Source: Cladosporium halotolerans
Taxonomy: Eukaryota
Reading direction: 5' to 3'
DNA length: 64,000 nt
NCBI RefSeq assembly: GCF_011745625.1
Contig: NW_027191481.1
Span: 1-64,000, forward strand
Shown: piece after piece, positions 33,206 through 45,529 of the stretch
Position numbering within the stretch: position 1 is the stretch's first letter
How the letters are laid out: every line of letters begins with the position of its first letter
The notes under the pieces: model-generated
The model's input: only the letters and a program-made list of their open reading frames with translations
Databases searched by the model: none
Told to the model about the DNA's origin: nothing
Made by a program: the position numbers and the translations under genes

Positions 33206-33791
33206 CTAGAACCCTGCAAGACAGTCAGTATACCGATCCCTCTGTCGTCTTTTACATTCCGGGTGTACTCACTCAGAGGGGTGAAGAACCACCTGTTCTT
33301 GCCGCTCTGGTACCTCTCGTCGAAGGTCTTCTTGACAGTCTTCTTTGCGTCCTCCCTCTGGCTGACCTCCTTGAAAGTGTCCGAGGTCACGGTGTTCTTG
33401 AGGCCCTCGAGCTCGAGAGTGTAACGAGTGGGCATAAGGTGGTTGTAGTTGACGACCTTGATGAAGGGCTTGACCTTAGAGCGCTTGGTCTGGCGGGCCT
33501 TGGACATGCGCTTGGTGACGTGGGACGGGTAGCGCTCGATGCCGGCGACAATGGCGTGGGGGAAGGGGTGAGCCTTGGAGCCGTTGTCGACGGGCATGAG
33601 GAGGACGACCTTCTTGCCGGCGTAGCGTCCACGGGAGATGATGGCCTTTTCGGGGGTCAGTATTCGATATTTGGTGATTTTTCGGGGTTATCGCAAGTTG
33701 ATTCGTACCACACGGCCAGTCTTGAGGACTACAAAATCGTCAGCATGTGCAATGTCGCGCGCGTACAGTAACAATAATACGTACACTTCAT
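33206..33791 (-). CDS. RPL27: 60S ribosomal protein L27 (eL27), 4 exons
   Basis: Spliced product [23 protein letters not shown]...AGIERYP...[19 protein letters not shown]...[12 protein letters not shown]. Confidence 0.97.
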
Positions 33792-34314
33792 CTTGTCTGG
33801 GAGTTCCGGGAGTGTCGCTGTGGGTTAGTTGTTCGCCTGCAGTCGGGTCGTCGTCGTCGTTCAGCGCGCAAGTCCCCAATTTGCGAGAGTGTGGCCTTGG
33901 CAGAGAACTTCGAGAAGCTGGAGAGAGAGAGCAGGTCTGCCGAGAATTTTACGGAACCTCAGCGCGCGGCGGACTCGAAAATGCTGCCTCAGGCCCACAA
34001 GCTTCACGACGTCAGGGCACATCTCGACCCAGTTCTGGCGCGGCTGGCAAACAGGCAGCGAGATGCTGAGGGATTCGTGCCCACTTTGCTTTAACCAACC
34101 CAACCATGCCTTTCCTGTTGCGATGACCATTTAGAGAAACTCGGCGTTCCTGCGAACACAGCCTCATCATTCGCGACCCAGGCACGTTACTCGTGGCTCT
34201 ATCGGCTTGTGTGAGCTGACTGTCTAATCTGGACCACGGACTCTCTCTTCTGGGAACTCAACGGCAACCCACTTTCTGGCGCGAATCTGCTTGCCTTAGA
34301 ATCGAACCACAACC

Positions 34315-35157
34315 ATGCCTTCCCAATCCACCTCGCGTTTCATACGCGCGAACTTCACTCCGGCGTTCTTCTATCCACTAAAGGGCATCTATTACTTTGC
34401 GACCCACCGATCACTGCACCCACTTCTTCGCAGCCGCCTGATTCCACTCACGGTACTCTCGACCGCGATCCTCGCCATCCTCTTCCTGGCACTTTATATC
34501 CCGCTCGTGGCCTTCCTCGCTCTCTTCCACTTCAAGGGCAGCGCATGGGTCAACGCGACCTTCTTCATCCTCAGCATGGGCAATCTGCTCATCGCTCTGA
34601 TCTTCGAGGCGCTGTTCGTCGACTACACTCAGGTGGACATCTTCGACGCGGTAATGGTTGGCGAGGGATACGAAGACCTGGTGAAGAGCAGACGAGCAGT
34701 GGCTGAGGACTACGACGAGAGCGATCCTGTCAAGAGGCTGGGCTCGCGCGAGAAGGGAGCAATCTTTGCGCCGTTCTCGTTCCGGCAGCTGATTGAGCTG
34801 ATGATTTTCCTGCCACTCAACTTCATCCCGTTTGTTGGCGTGCCGCTCTTCTTGATTTTGACCGGCTACCGCGCCGGGCCACTGCTCAACTGGCGTTACT
34901 TTACCCTCAAAGGCTTCAACAAACAGCAGAGGAAAGCTTTCATTAAGACCAAGAAGAGAAAGTTTGAGTACATGTGGTTCGGCACGGTGTACATGGTTTT
35001 GCAGCTTGTGCCAGTCTTGAGCATGCTCTTCCTGCTCACTTCGGCTGCTGGATCAGCGCTGTGGGCTGTCAGGATCGAGGAGGAACAGAGGGCCGAGCAA
35101 GAAGCGCGCAATGAGCGGGAAGCCATGCCTGAGGCTTATGCAGACGAGCCTGTCTGA
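34315..35157 (+). CDS. EI24-domain membrane protein (Rrt8/Lds-like)
   Basis: Motifs FYPLKGIYYF, DIFDAV, LPLNFIPFVG, RYF, YMWFG and LQLVPVLSMLF...GSALWA; multiple TM helices. Confidence 0.85.
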   Translation: MPSQSTSRFIRANFTPAFFYPLKGIYYFATHRSLHPLLRSRLIPLTVLSTAILAILFLALYIPLVAFLALFHFKGSAWVNATFFILSMGNLLIALIFEALFVDYTQVDIFDAVMVGEGYEDLVKSRRAVAEDYDESDPVKRLGSREKGAIFAPFSFRQLIELMIFLPLNFIPFVGVPLFLILTGYRAGPLLNWRYFTLKGFNKQQRKAFIKTKKRKFEYMWFGTVYMVLQLVPVLSMLFLLTSAAGSALWAVRIEEEQRAEQEARNEREAMPEAYADEPV

Positions 35158-36692
35158 GATTGCTGAGTTCACTTTCTTTTGTATACACACCAGATTACTG
35201 TAAAGACTATAATGAGGGTTAATGTATTCCATTTCCACGGCTTACCATCTGATCTTTTTCTGGATAAGGAGAAACGGAGCATTGGTGCCGTCAAGAGTAG
35301 ACCTGAGACTTGACCATATCGGACCCAGAATCGCAAGCGTGAGAGTACGCTTCTGCGCGACACTGCTGTGTGATGCTTCGAGCATCGAGACCAAGAAATG
35401 TCTTGACATTGAACGTATAAGATTTCATTCACCTGGCCATGCTTCTCAATGGCCTGGATTGCGTTTCTTCTGCAAGTATCTGAGTTACGAGGGCAAACAT
35501 CACGGGCGCTTCAGGGATTGTTTCCCATCAACTTGATTCCTGATTCTGTTCCGAAGATTGGGAACTGGATCGTAGAGATACGTGGTGGATTTGATGAGCG
35601 TGAAGTAACGGAACCACAGCAGTCCGCTCTTAGCAGCCGGGATTGGCCGGATCCGCAAACTACCGCAGTGCTGACTCATGGTACATCACCAATGTATACC
35701 TTAGCGAGAGTGTTTAGGAGTGCTTATCTGAGAGCCTCACGCGAAGCAAGAAGACGTTGGGATCATCTCAGCCACACCTCCTGCATAAGAGGTGACACGG
35801 CTCGGTGTGCCGGGCCGGTGGTCGCACTGGGCACGGAGACTTATGTCTCGAACGAATACATGACATATCGTGGTAGCGGAATGATAGAAATTCCCATGCT
35901 TGCGCAAAAAGTATCGCTATTATATTAGGTTGGCACGCGATAAACATGCGTTTCAGAGTCCCCATAGTTCCGCCGGGGTGATTCCTCCGTTTAGCCAGAG
36001 ATTCGGCGGACGCAAACCAACGTCAGAGGAGCGCGCGGCGGCCAGCTTCGCTGGGGCGATCTTAGCGCGCACCTGATCGAACAGCAGGAATGCGGACAGC
36101 CTCACGGAGGAACGGTGTGCCTCGATGTGCCAGCCTGCATGAATATCGTGCTGCCGGGGTATATACTCTTTGTAACAGCCCTTCCCAACTGCTGTACGGT
36201 CAAGGGGAAAACTGTCGCAGGCGCGTTGGCATGCTGCCATCATCCTTATCTATTGCGACACCTCACCTGTACCCCACGATAACTGGCTTTGCCTCCTCCC
36301 GCTAGCTCGTCAGAAGGCCCGGATCCACCACTTTGCTGCCCCTCGTGATCTTGAAATCACTACTGATCCTTCTGCCGTAAAACAAAACCAACCTTACTTG
36401 CCATCTGCCATCCTGACTCCAGACCTCACGCGCCTCTTTCCTATCATCCTCCCTGGAGAAACGATCCTCACATTTAACGTTCGCATCCGCCCGATCCTCT
36501 TCGTCCCTACTACGACATCCCTGTCGCGTCGCTCGCGTGAGATCACCGTGACGGGTACGGCGAGAAGGTACAACGGGGCAAAGCCCTCACGCGTCATAAA
36601 GGCAGCTCACAGGACCGCTCTCGCCCGTGAGGCGACGGTCGAAGAGCAACACTCTCTCCAATAGACCGCCCTTCGAGGCGACCACCACCCAG

Positions 36693-38468
36693 ATGGCTTT
36701 CCAACAACCACAACAGCGACCGCAGGCGGCGCGACAGATATCTGTATCCAGGCCAGCAAACGAGACGCAGGCGCCGGCATCACCCCTGCGCAAGCGGACG
36801 CTGGACGAGTCGCAGGAATGGATACTGTTCGCTCCGACACAGCATGCCGACTCCGCTTCGCAGACGTCACAGACGCCGCGGACAGCAACGCATTTGTCTG
36901 ACCTCGGCTCGTTAGAAACTCACGTACGGTCGCAACCTATCACAAGTACTGCAGAGGAGGGCGACGTTACATGTCAAGGGACCGAGGTCGACGACGATGG
37001 CGCGGAACTGGATAGTCTGGACGATGGACTTCGCGCCTTCCAACACGATCCATTCTCATCATCTCCGTATCAGCTAGATCAATCCGGCGGCACCTTTCTG
37101 CCGACTCATGATGGACTCGGGACATTCACCTCGTCAGCTGGTCTGCAGGAGCAGCTTTGGCAATTCGAGCGACACAACCCACATCGACGAAGGCATGTCA
37201 GGAGGAGAAGCAGCATCCAGAAGAGGATTGACGAGGTCGAAGAACAGCAAGAGTTGGACCATGCAGATGAAAAGATGGCGAGGATTGAGAAGTGGAGGCT
37301 GGAGCAGAGCAAGGCGGTCGTGGATGAGATCGAGAAGGAAACAAGGCGAAGGCGAAGGCGTATGAGCAAGATGAGCGGAATCACTCGAGCAACTGATACG
37401 TCTGCAATGCCCGAGAGCATGATCGCTCATTCACTGCCTGCCGAAGAATCTATCATCTACGAAGAGCCGGAGATGGTGAAGAGCGAGGGCAATGAGCCCA
37501 GTGAATCGTGGTGGCAACGGATCACAAGGAAGGTCATTCAGGATCTCATTGGCCTTGATGAGAAGACGCTTTCTGTGATCTTCGGTGAGGAACTCGCAGG
37601 CGGTCCGACACCGACTCTCTCGCCCGTTCATCCATCGCCGCTCGCGGCAGCAGCAGCCGAATCAAGGGTCACGTTCCGCGACCGCGACCACTCCTGGGAG
37701 ACGAAGCTCATGGAACGGATTGCCAAAGAGCTCGGTGTGCTTGTACACCAGCTTTCCGAGCACGATGGCGCTTTTAGCACCTACCAGCGAATGCAGCAAT
37801 CACCACAAGACTACGCTGGCCTTCCTCTTCACCAACCCACAAGCGCCAAACAACCCAGCCTCCGACAGCAGCGCCGCAAGCTCAGCGCCCGCCCTTCAGA
37901 GAACCCTTCATCCGAGTCTCTCTTCGAGCCCACAATGGCTCAGCAGCCACCCTCGTCCGACCCTGACACCTCGCTGTGGGGCATCGAAGAGGAACCCGCA
38001 CAACTCTCGGCCGCAGAAGCCGCCCGCCAGAAAGAAGAACGCGAATACTGGGAGCGCGACATCGACGTAAGCATGATCTTCTCCTACCTCCGCCGACGCT
38101 TCGCCTCGTCCGCTCCAGCCCAACCCTCCCCGCCTGCCGGCCCTCTGCCAGCCTCCTGGGCCACATCGCCCGAATCTCAGCGCCGAGCCGAGCAGATACG
38201 TCGCCAGCACCCTCTCGTTTCGCGAGCCGCCGAGCGCGCAGCAGCGCAGTCGAAGAGGCGAGACTCGCTTCTGCGCCGACACCAGATGCAGAAGCGCGGC
38301 GCGGGAAGCAGCAGCTGTGCGTCGCAAAGCACGAAGAGGAGTCGGAGGAGCAGGGATGCGAATAGTTCAAGGCATTACTGGGACTTTGGACATAGTGCAA
38401 CAGGGAGCGTAGTTACCAGCGGTGGTGGGTATGGAGATAGTGCAGTGAGCGGATGGGGTGAGGTCTAG
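36693..38468 (+). CDS. Hypothetical fungal protein, largely disordered
   Basis: ~590-aa ORF with conserved-looking islands: SQEWILF, LDSLDDGL, LPTHDGLG, RIEKWRLEQS, WQRITRKVIQDLIG, YWERDIDV, HYWD, WGEV. Function unknown. Confidence 0.8.
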   Translation: MAFQQPQQRPQAARQISVSRPANETQAPASPLRKRTLDESQEWILFAPTQHADSASQTSQTPRTATHLSDLGSLETHVRSQPITSTAEEGDVTCQGTEVDDDGAELDSLDDGLRAFQHDPFSSSPYQLDQSGGTFLPTHDGLGTFTSSAGLQEQLWQFERHNPHRRRHVRRRSSIQKRIDEVEEQQELDHADEKMARIEKWRLEQSKAVVDEIEKETRRRRRRMSKMSGITRATDTSAMPESMIAHSLPAEESIIYEEPEMVKSEGNEPSESWWQRITRKVIQDLIGLDEKTLSVIFGEELAGGPTPTLSPVHPSPLAAAAAESRVTFRDRDHSWETKLMERIAKELGVLVHQLSEHDGAFSTYQRMQQSPQDYAGLPLHQPTSAKQPSLRQQRRKLSARPSENPSSESLFEPTMAQQPPSSDPDTSLWGIEEEPAQLSAAEAARQKEEREYWERDIDVSMIFSYLRRRFASSAPAQPSPPAGPLPASWATSPESQRRAEQIRRQHPLVSRAAERAAAQSKRRDSLLRRHQMQKRGAGSSSCASQSTKRSRRSRDANSSRHYWDFGHSATGSVVTSGGGYGDSAVSGWGEV

Positions 38469-38770
38469 ATCGGGCCATGGATGTAAGATGATTTTTTCCA
38501 AAGGCGATATGGTTGCATGGGGGATACATGTGATGCGACTGCATCGCGGTGGCATCGATAGCGCTTCCGCAAAGCATGAACGACAGTTTTGGGCTCGTGG
38601 CGTTCCCCTACTTCCTCTACTCTATTACTCTTATGATAGCATGCTTCAACGACGCCCGAATATTGCATAACCGTTCAAGGAGCTGCTCCCTGTCTTCTCA
38701 TTGTTCTCCGAGTAGAAATTGAATTTGTATGGTCTGAAGGTAATAGAAGCATACTGCTTCGCACTACCAC

Positions 38771-38930
38771 GATCTCCGCGAAGGAACAACCGCTCGTCGT
38801 CATGGGCTCTGACTCCGACCTCCCCGTCCTCAGGCCCGGTCTTGCCATCCTCGACAAGTTCTCCATCCCTTACACCACCCGTATCACATCTGCACACCGC
38901 ACGCCCACCAGTGTGATCTCCGCGAAGGAA
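38771..38930 (+). repeat. Inverted 129-bp copy of ADE2 coding sequence bounded by 16-bp direct repeats
   Basis: 38781-38909 is the reverse complement of 39491-39625 apart from two substitutions and a 6-bp deletion. GATCTCCGCGAAGGAA occurs at 38771-38786 and 38915-38930. Confidence 0.95.
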
Positions 38931-39097
38931 GACTAGATTTACGTAATCTAGAGGAGTAGCACGTTAGCTTTCTTGTTTTCTCTCAAGATCAAAACCTATG
39001 TACACTCCACACCTCGAGCAGAAAATGGATCTAGAAGATCTGACAATTGAGGAATTGATAGCCGCTATCTGAATCTATCCTTCTCGACAGCATCAAT

Positions 39098-40804
39098 CTA
39101 TTTCTTCAGGTACTTCTCAGCGTACGCCTCCGCACCCATCTCTTCCAACCTCCTATCCTTCTCCCTGACCTCTTTCTCCGAGTCGCGCATGTACTGCTCC
39201 ACGCGCTCCCTCACGGCCGCGTCACTAGAGCCCAGGATCCTGGCAGCGAGAAGAGCAGCGTTGATGCTGTTGTTGACGCTGACCGTAGCGACTGGCACGC
39301 CCTTGGGCATGTTGCAAATGCTCAGCAGGCTGTCGGTGCCGTCGCCAATGGTGGGCTTGACGGGGATGCCGATGACGGGCAGCGGAGTGTGTGCCGCCGC
39401 CATACCGGGCAGGTGTGCTGCGCCACCAGCTGCTGCGATGATGGTCTTAATGCCGTTGTCGGCAGCAGCCGTGGCGTACTCTGCCATCCAGGTGGGCGTG
39501 CGGTGTGCAGATGTGATACGGGTGGTGTAAGGGATGGAGAACTTGTCGAGGATGGCAAGACCGGGCCTGAGGACGGGGAGGTCGGAGTCAGAGCCCATGA
39601 CGACAGCGACGAGCGGCTGCTCCTTGATCTTCCTGGCTGGCGAGTCTGAAGCCTTAGCTTTGCCTTGGTCCATGAAGTCAACGAGAGGCTGAATGGTCTT
39701 CTCCGCCTCTGCCATGGTGGGTGCGGTGATGGTGACGTGACCCATCTTCCTGCCCTTGCGGGCCTGCCCCTTGCCGTAAAGATGCACACCCTCACCACCA
39801 AAGAGCTCCAGAGCCTTCTTGGCAGCTTGGATGTGAGAGTCGGGGGTCTCGCCGCCAAGGATGTTGAGCATGATGGACGGCTCCCGCAGTCTCAGGTTCT
39901 TCTGGGAAATCGGCAGGTCGAGGATGGCTCTGAGGTGGGCATCGTATTGCGAAAGCGGACACGCCTCGATGGTGTAGTGACCGGAGTTGTGAGGCCGAGG
40001 CGCGATTTCATTAATAAGGAGAGTGTCGTCCTTCTGCAGGAACATCTCGACGCCAAAGACACCCTTGCCCCAGAAGCAGTCGACCGCTTTGCGCGCCAGA
40101 GCCTGAGCCTTCTCGTTGATCTCTCGCGAAACCCCGCGAGCGGGTGAGTATGTGAGCTTGCAAATGCTGTTCTCGTGAATGGTCTCCACAGTCGGGAAAG
40201 ACAGCACCTCATCCTTCGTCTTCACGACCATGACAGCCAGCTCCATCTTGAAGTCTGACCACTTCTCGGCATAGAGATCCTTGTTTGCACCAAGCGCCTG
40301 AAGAGCAGCATCGAAGTCCGCCTCAGACTTGACAGGAAAGTTTCCCTTGCCATCGTACGCCTCTCTACGTGACTTCAGCATCAATGGCAGGCCGAGAGTC
40401 TTCGCCGCCTTAGCCAGCTCATCCTTCGTAGGGGCAGCAAGAGGAATGGATTGCGCAGTCTCCACGTCAAATTTCTTCAGGTGCTCCTTCTGGAGATATT
40501 TGTCTTGGATCGTTCGTACGGTCTTCCAGCTAGGCTGTACGTCGGTCATCTCGGAGATCTCTTCCAGAAATTCGGTGTTGACGTGCTCAATCTCGACCGT
40601 GACTACATCCGACTTGGCCGCCAGCTTCTGAATAGCCTCTGAGTCCTTGAAAGATCCCTCAACATGGCCGTCGTGATTTGTGATTTGCTTCGCAGAAGAG
40701 CCGGCTGCGTCTAGAAAGTTGACCTGTACATTGAGGCGGTTTGCAGCTTCTGCGAGCATGCGGCCCAATTGGCCACCACCCAGGACTCCCACAGTCTTTT
40801 CCAT
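39098..40804 (-). CDS. ADE2: Phosphoribosylaminoimidazole carboxylase (PurK-PurE fusion)
   Basis: Motifs GVLGGGQLGRM, AYDGKGN, NEIAPRPHNSGH, VMGSDSD, SAHRTP, AGGAAHLPGM and MPKGVPVATV. Confidence 0.98.
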   Translation of the reverse strand: MEKTVGVLGGGQLGRMLAEAANRLNVQVNFLDAAGSSAKQITNHDGHVEGSFKDSEAIQKLAAKSDVVTVEIEHVNTEFLEEISEMTDVQPSWKTVRTIQDKYLQKEHLKKFDVETAQSIPLAAPTKDELAKAAKTLGLPLMLKSRREAYDGKGNFPVKSEADFDAALQALGANKDLYAEKWSDFKMELAVMVVKTKDEVLSFPTVETIHENSICKLTYSPARGVSREINEKAQALARKAVDCFWGKGVFGVEMFLQKDDTLLINEIAPRPHNSGHYTIEACPLSQYDAHLRAILDLPISQKNLRLREPSIMLNILGGETPDSHIQAAKKALELFGGEGVHLYGKGQARKGRKMGHVTITAPTMAEAEKTIQPLVDFMDQGKAKASDSPARKIKEQPLVAVVMGSDSDLPVLRPGLAILDKFSIPYTTRITSAHRTPTWMAEYATAAADNGIKTIIAAAGGAAHLPGMAAAHTPLPVIGIPVKPTIGDGTDSLLSICNMPKGVPVATVSVNNSINAALLAARILGSSDAAVRERVEQYMRDSEKEVREKDRRLEEMGAEAYAEKYLKK

Positions 40805-41369
40805 GGCGTGAAATGTGCAATGTCAAGTAGGAAGGAGAGACGGCACCGGCAGTATGACTATTCTTGGCCGTGTACCGCAAGTGTGACTGTGCGCGGGTGG
40901 AGGTGTTCGCGGGAATGCCGTTCAGACAAAGTTTAAGCTTTGCACGTCTAAAGTTTAAATTTTCGGCGCATCGAGATTCAAAATGGACTTCACGGCGCAC
41001 GATTTGAGCCCGGAGGCTGAGGACAGCATGAATCTAAAACAGACGTAGTGGCACATGTACTTCATGACAGAGCCAAAGACGGGCCATATTTACCAGGGCA
41101 GTTTGAACAGAAACGTAGCAGGATTTGCACTGGGGAGTGATAGATGGGATTCCTGCGACTGTTTGATGGAACTTTTTGGGCTTTTTGCAAGCGATTCATT
41201 CGACTCCTGCATATCCTCCTTGCGTCGCCATGCACCTTGCTGTGCGCCAATGTCCGTCGCAAGAAAGGCGTTTTCATCTGACCATCCTCCAAAAAAGCTG
41301 ACCAGTAGCGGAGGAGCCGCAGTGCCACGCTTGAGCCACACTTGCTCATCTGAGAGTTTCTCAGATAGC

Positions 41370-42191
41370 TTACACCTTGAAACCCTTGGAGCGTCTGCGG
41401 CCACGGGCACGCTCGAACTTCCTGCCCTTGCTCTCGACGAACGGCTTCTTGTTGGTGTGGGGACCGAAACCGAAGTGCTTGACAGACTCGCGAGAGTTCT
41501 TGGGACCACGGATGAGGATGACGTTGGAGCCAGTCGGGGCGCGGAGGGCGAGCTGGTCGAAGGTGAGGCACTCACCACCGGCCTTGAGGATGCGGGCGCG
41601 GGCGGTGGCGGTGAAGCTCAGGGCGCAGACGCTGAGCTTGGGGCACTCGATGAGGCGGGCGTCGTCGGTGACCTTGGCGACGGTGGCCATGATCTTGCCC
41701 TCGAACTCCTTGTTGGAGGTGGGCCTCTTGTTCAGAAGAGCGATCTTGGACAGGGAAACGGGGGCCCTTCGGGAAGGTTAGTCTTGTTCAGACCCAGGCT
41801 CAAAACGCTCAATCTTGTAGAAGATGAACTTGCCTGTTGACCTTAGACATCCTCAGGCGGCGGAGCACGACCTTGTTGAACGAGGAGTCGGTACGTCTTG
41901 CGAGGAATGAAAAAAGCTACATGGGGAATTAGCATGTGGTCACCTGAACCATGAGTGACGGATGGACCATGAGCACTGAAAGAAGTCATACCTTGTGCAA
42001 GAGCTGGCGGTAGTCGTTGCCCGACTTGGGCGCCTTGCGGTGACCGTTGCTGTTGTCCTGATCAGTGTCTGATCTTATAATATGCCTCCTTCGCGCTCAT
42101 TTGATATTTTCGCGCCGCGCATCCTCCAGAATCGCTCCGGGATTGTAAAAACTCACGTCGTGTGGCGTTTGTCGACGACGTCGATGCCCAT
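41370..42191 (-). CDS. RPL18: 60S ribosomal protein L18 (eL18), 4 exons, third intron GC-AG
   Basis: MGID...GHRKAPKS...[33 protein letters not shown]...[12 protein letters not shown]...[16 protein letters not shown]. Intron 41767-41833 starts GCAAGT. Confidence 0.97.
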
Positions 42192-43646
42192 GTTTTCGGT
42201 ATTTTCGAGTTTGTCGGTCGGGTTCGGTTGTCGCGGGTCGCCGTAGGGAAGTCGTAAAAGCCAGTCGGAGGAGTAGGAAATTCAGCGGACAGCCGTGGGA
42301 CAGCCGCCAAGCCGGGCGCCCAAGGCCCGCGCTTCAAGATGGCGCGGATTGGTCCCGCATTCATCGAATGCCTGAGGCGCACACACTTCGCCCTGATCTG
42401 CGCAACGACCGCCACACGCTCACGTGCCACTCCGACTGGGGCGCAGGTCGAGCGAATGGGACTAAGGATGCTCTCCATCGCTCCCTCGCAAGGTTGAGTT
42501 CTAGGCAGATCTATGAGAAAGTGCTGTTCCAAATCCCTGCTTCTCCGAAATTAAAAGAAACGGTGAAGTACTACCTTTTCTTCCATACCCTAAAACCAGG
42601 ATTTCTACTCGGAGAGTCACATATTTGAAGTGTCCTCAAATACACGTCACGGCATGGCAATGGCCCATGAACTGTGAAGACTCGGTGATCACGTGAGATA
42701 TCAGCTCTCCAATCCCCTCTTTGGTCTCTGCGCTCTTACCCTCCCCTTTCGACAGAAGAACGCAATCTAGGCCACGGAGAGAGTATTGGTCTTCAAGATC
42801 GGAAGTCGGTCTCAACCTCTATCATGCACCGAATGCGATCTGCCTCCTTCCCAGCCTACTCGTATGCAGGCCGCGATAAAGAGGCATTAGACCTGCCATT
42901 GGATCTGAGCACAGGTGAAAATCTCCTTCTCCAACCGGCAAGGCAGTGTACGGTAATCCGCCTTCGCTAGCCTCGTTTGTATTCTTGCTACGAGAACTGG
43001 CTACGATTTGCACGACCTTAGGGCCTGGAAGTCGGTAGGGAGCCGATCGATCTGTCGGCGGGAGCAGCTCTTTTTGCTCGTCCACATTCCTCTTGTTTGT
43101 TCAATCGACATTCCTTCCCAACATCATGCCTATGCCAGATGGTAGAGCAGCTCGATATAGTCGTCCACATCGCCTTCGTCTGCTGGTGAGGCAAACTGTT
43201 TGGGCCATGGACATCAATCCTCGTGTCTAGGCTCTTCGAGTAAAAAATCCACCCACCTAAACCAGGGGTGATGGTAGTACGCTACTTTTTCTTCGCCACA
43301 TTGAGATGTTGTGTCTTCGTTTGGGTAGTCGTTCATCATGTCACGACTTTGAATCATGGTGTTGGTCATTGACGCAACCGATACAAGCCACGGCTACGAG
43401 CAAGCTACCGCGATTGACACCGGCGGCTGCAACAGCGATCACGGTGAATGCTGATCAAAAGGATAATTGCCTAGATAATGACATCGAAGAAAAAAAAAGA
43501 AATATAGCCTGTTACCACCACCTCTGGTGTATCTGAGTAACATGTTCACTCGGAGAAGCCGCGATTTCATTTTACTATCCAGATGAGAGGCATTCACTTG
43601 CATTAGCCAAATTCTGAGGTCTATCTACTGATATTGCTTCAGTATC

Positions 43647-45046
43647 TTAGGTGAATCCGCTAACGCCATTCTTGAATCTAGCAAACACATCCAGAGGAAA
43701 CTCCTCCGCCAGGCGTCGATAGCCAACCGGACCGGGATGCAAGCAATCGCCAGAGTCATACGCTGCGTCCATCTGAGTCTCATTCTTAGGGTCTCTCAAA
43801 ACAGCATCGAAGTCCAGTACCGCATCAAAGGTACCACTGTTCCTAATCCAGTCGTTGATTCGCAGTCTCGTCTGCTCTCTAAATGGAGTCGAGTATGCTT
43901 GAATACTGCTATTGTGGCAGCCAAAAGGCGTAATAGTTGCACCGAAGAAAGGAATTCCGTGTGCATGCACGCGAGTGGTCATTTGCTTATACGCCTGGAT
44001 CAAGCGGTCACCCGTCTGGGTTTGGGCCTCGGCAGTGTCGCTTGCGACACCAATATCGTTAACACCTTCAAAGACCATAGCGTATTTGACTCCACTGTGG
44101 GCCAGTACATCGCGGTCGATACGCCCCAGCGCGTTGGGGCCCAACCCGTCGTAAAGGATCCTGTTGCCGCCGGCGGCCTGGTTGATCACGCCAATGTTCT
44201 TCGTGGCGCCATTGCGCTGCATACGCGCGAGAACCAAGTCCGGCCAGCGCTGATTCGCATTGTTCCAGCTGCTACGACCGTCTGTGATTGAGTCGCCGAC
44301 AATGGCGAAGGTGCTTGCTGCGCGAGGAGACCAGGCTTCGACCGCGGACAAGAAGTACCAGTGGAAGGACTCCACGGTGCTGGGATCTGTGAAGTTGCGA
44401 GAGCCAGTCTGGTCGCCGGCTGAGATCCAGGATCCAGTGCGGCTGCCTGGGTGTGAGGTGATAGCGTTTGTGGTTTGGCCCTTTGCGAGATAAAGTGTGA
44501 TTGAAACGATGGACTCCGGAGCGATGGGGAAGTTCAGAGGATCGGACACGGCGAGTGCGCCATTGGGAATTGTGATAGAGCTATTGCCGCTGAAACTCAA
44601 GGTTTGCAGCGAGTTCGTGTCGATGGTAGGTGATCCTGTCTTGTTGTAGCCATTGGCTGCGACTGGATATGCGATGGTTGCCTTTGTGATTGGGAGGTCC
44701 GTCAAGCCGAAGACGTTGGAGAGGCGAACTCGAACCTGTTCTGCACCAATGGACATGTGAAGCGTCTGGCGGATAGACGAGTCCGCAAAGACTAGACCTG
44801 TTTGGTTCTGCAAGCATGATCAGTCTAATGCCCACATGGCCCGATGCTTATTCTTTCACTTACGAAAGGTGGAGGAGGAAGGTTGGCGGGTTCTGTCAAC
44901 TGCGGCATGGCAGCCCAGGTGTCAACCCAATGGCCATCGCGTGGCTTTGGAGCAATCCCTCCGGCCTCATAAGTTGGTGGTGCTGCCAACGCAGGCAGAA
45001 TGGAAGAGGCCAAGCAAGCAGCTTGGAGGAGCCAGGAACGAATCAT
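43647..45046 (-). CDS. Secreted SGNH/GDSL hydrolase, 2 exons
   Basis: Signal peptide, HWVDTW, then blocks GDSITDG, RWPD, GGN, EGVNDIG and GDCLHP. Intron at 44808-44863. Confidence 0.92.
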
Positions 45047-45529
45047 GTTGATTACAGCGAGAAATATGTCCCAGAATAATGCGCAGTAGCATAGCTGAGG
45101 GCTACCTCTCGACTTATACTACATATTCAATAACACGAATCATGCAAATACTTCCCGGAGGGGTTCAAAGTCAACCGAGTTTGCGGCTAAATGCGTGAGA
45201 TGAGATCGTTACGGATTGGTGGAATATAGACCATTATCCACATCACGCGAAGCTAATTTTGCGAATGACACCTTTGCGAGTAGCCGAAGAGACCTTTGCA
45301 TTCACACTGATTCAGACGTGGTGGTCACACTCGTGGCTGAAATTGTACACGGCAAGGTAGCAAGTGTTGGAGCAGCGCGACAGCTCCTGTAAGGTTGCCG
45401 AAACTGGCGCTATCGCTAGAAATGGCCTAGCGCGTTTTTCGGCTCGAGTAGAAAGCTTGAAGACTTCGACCGGCTTGAAGATGGCACGACGAAATAACCA
45501 AGCACAACAAATATTTTCTGGCCCTTGAG

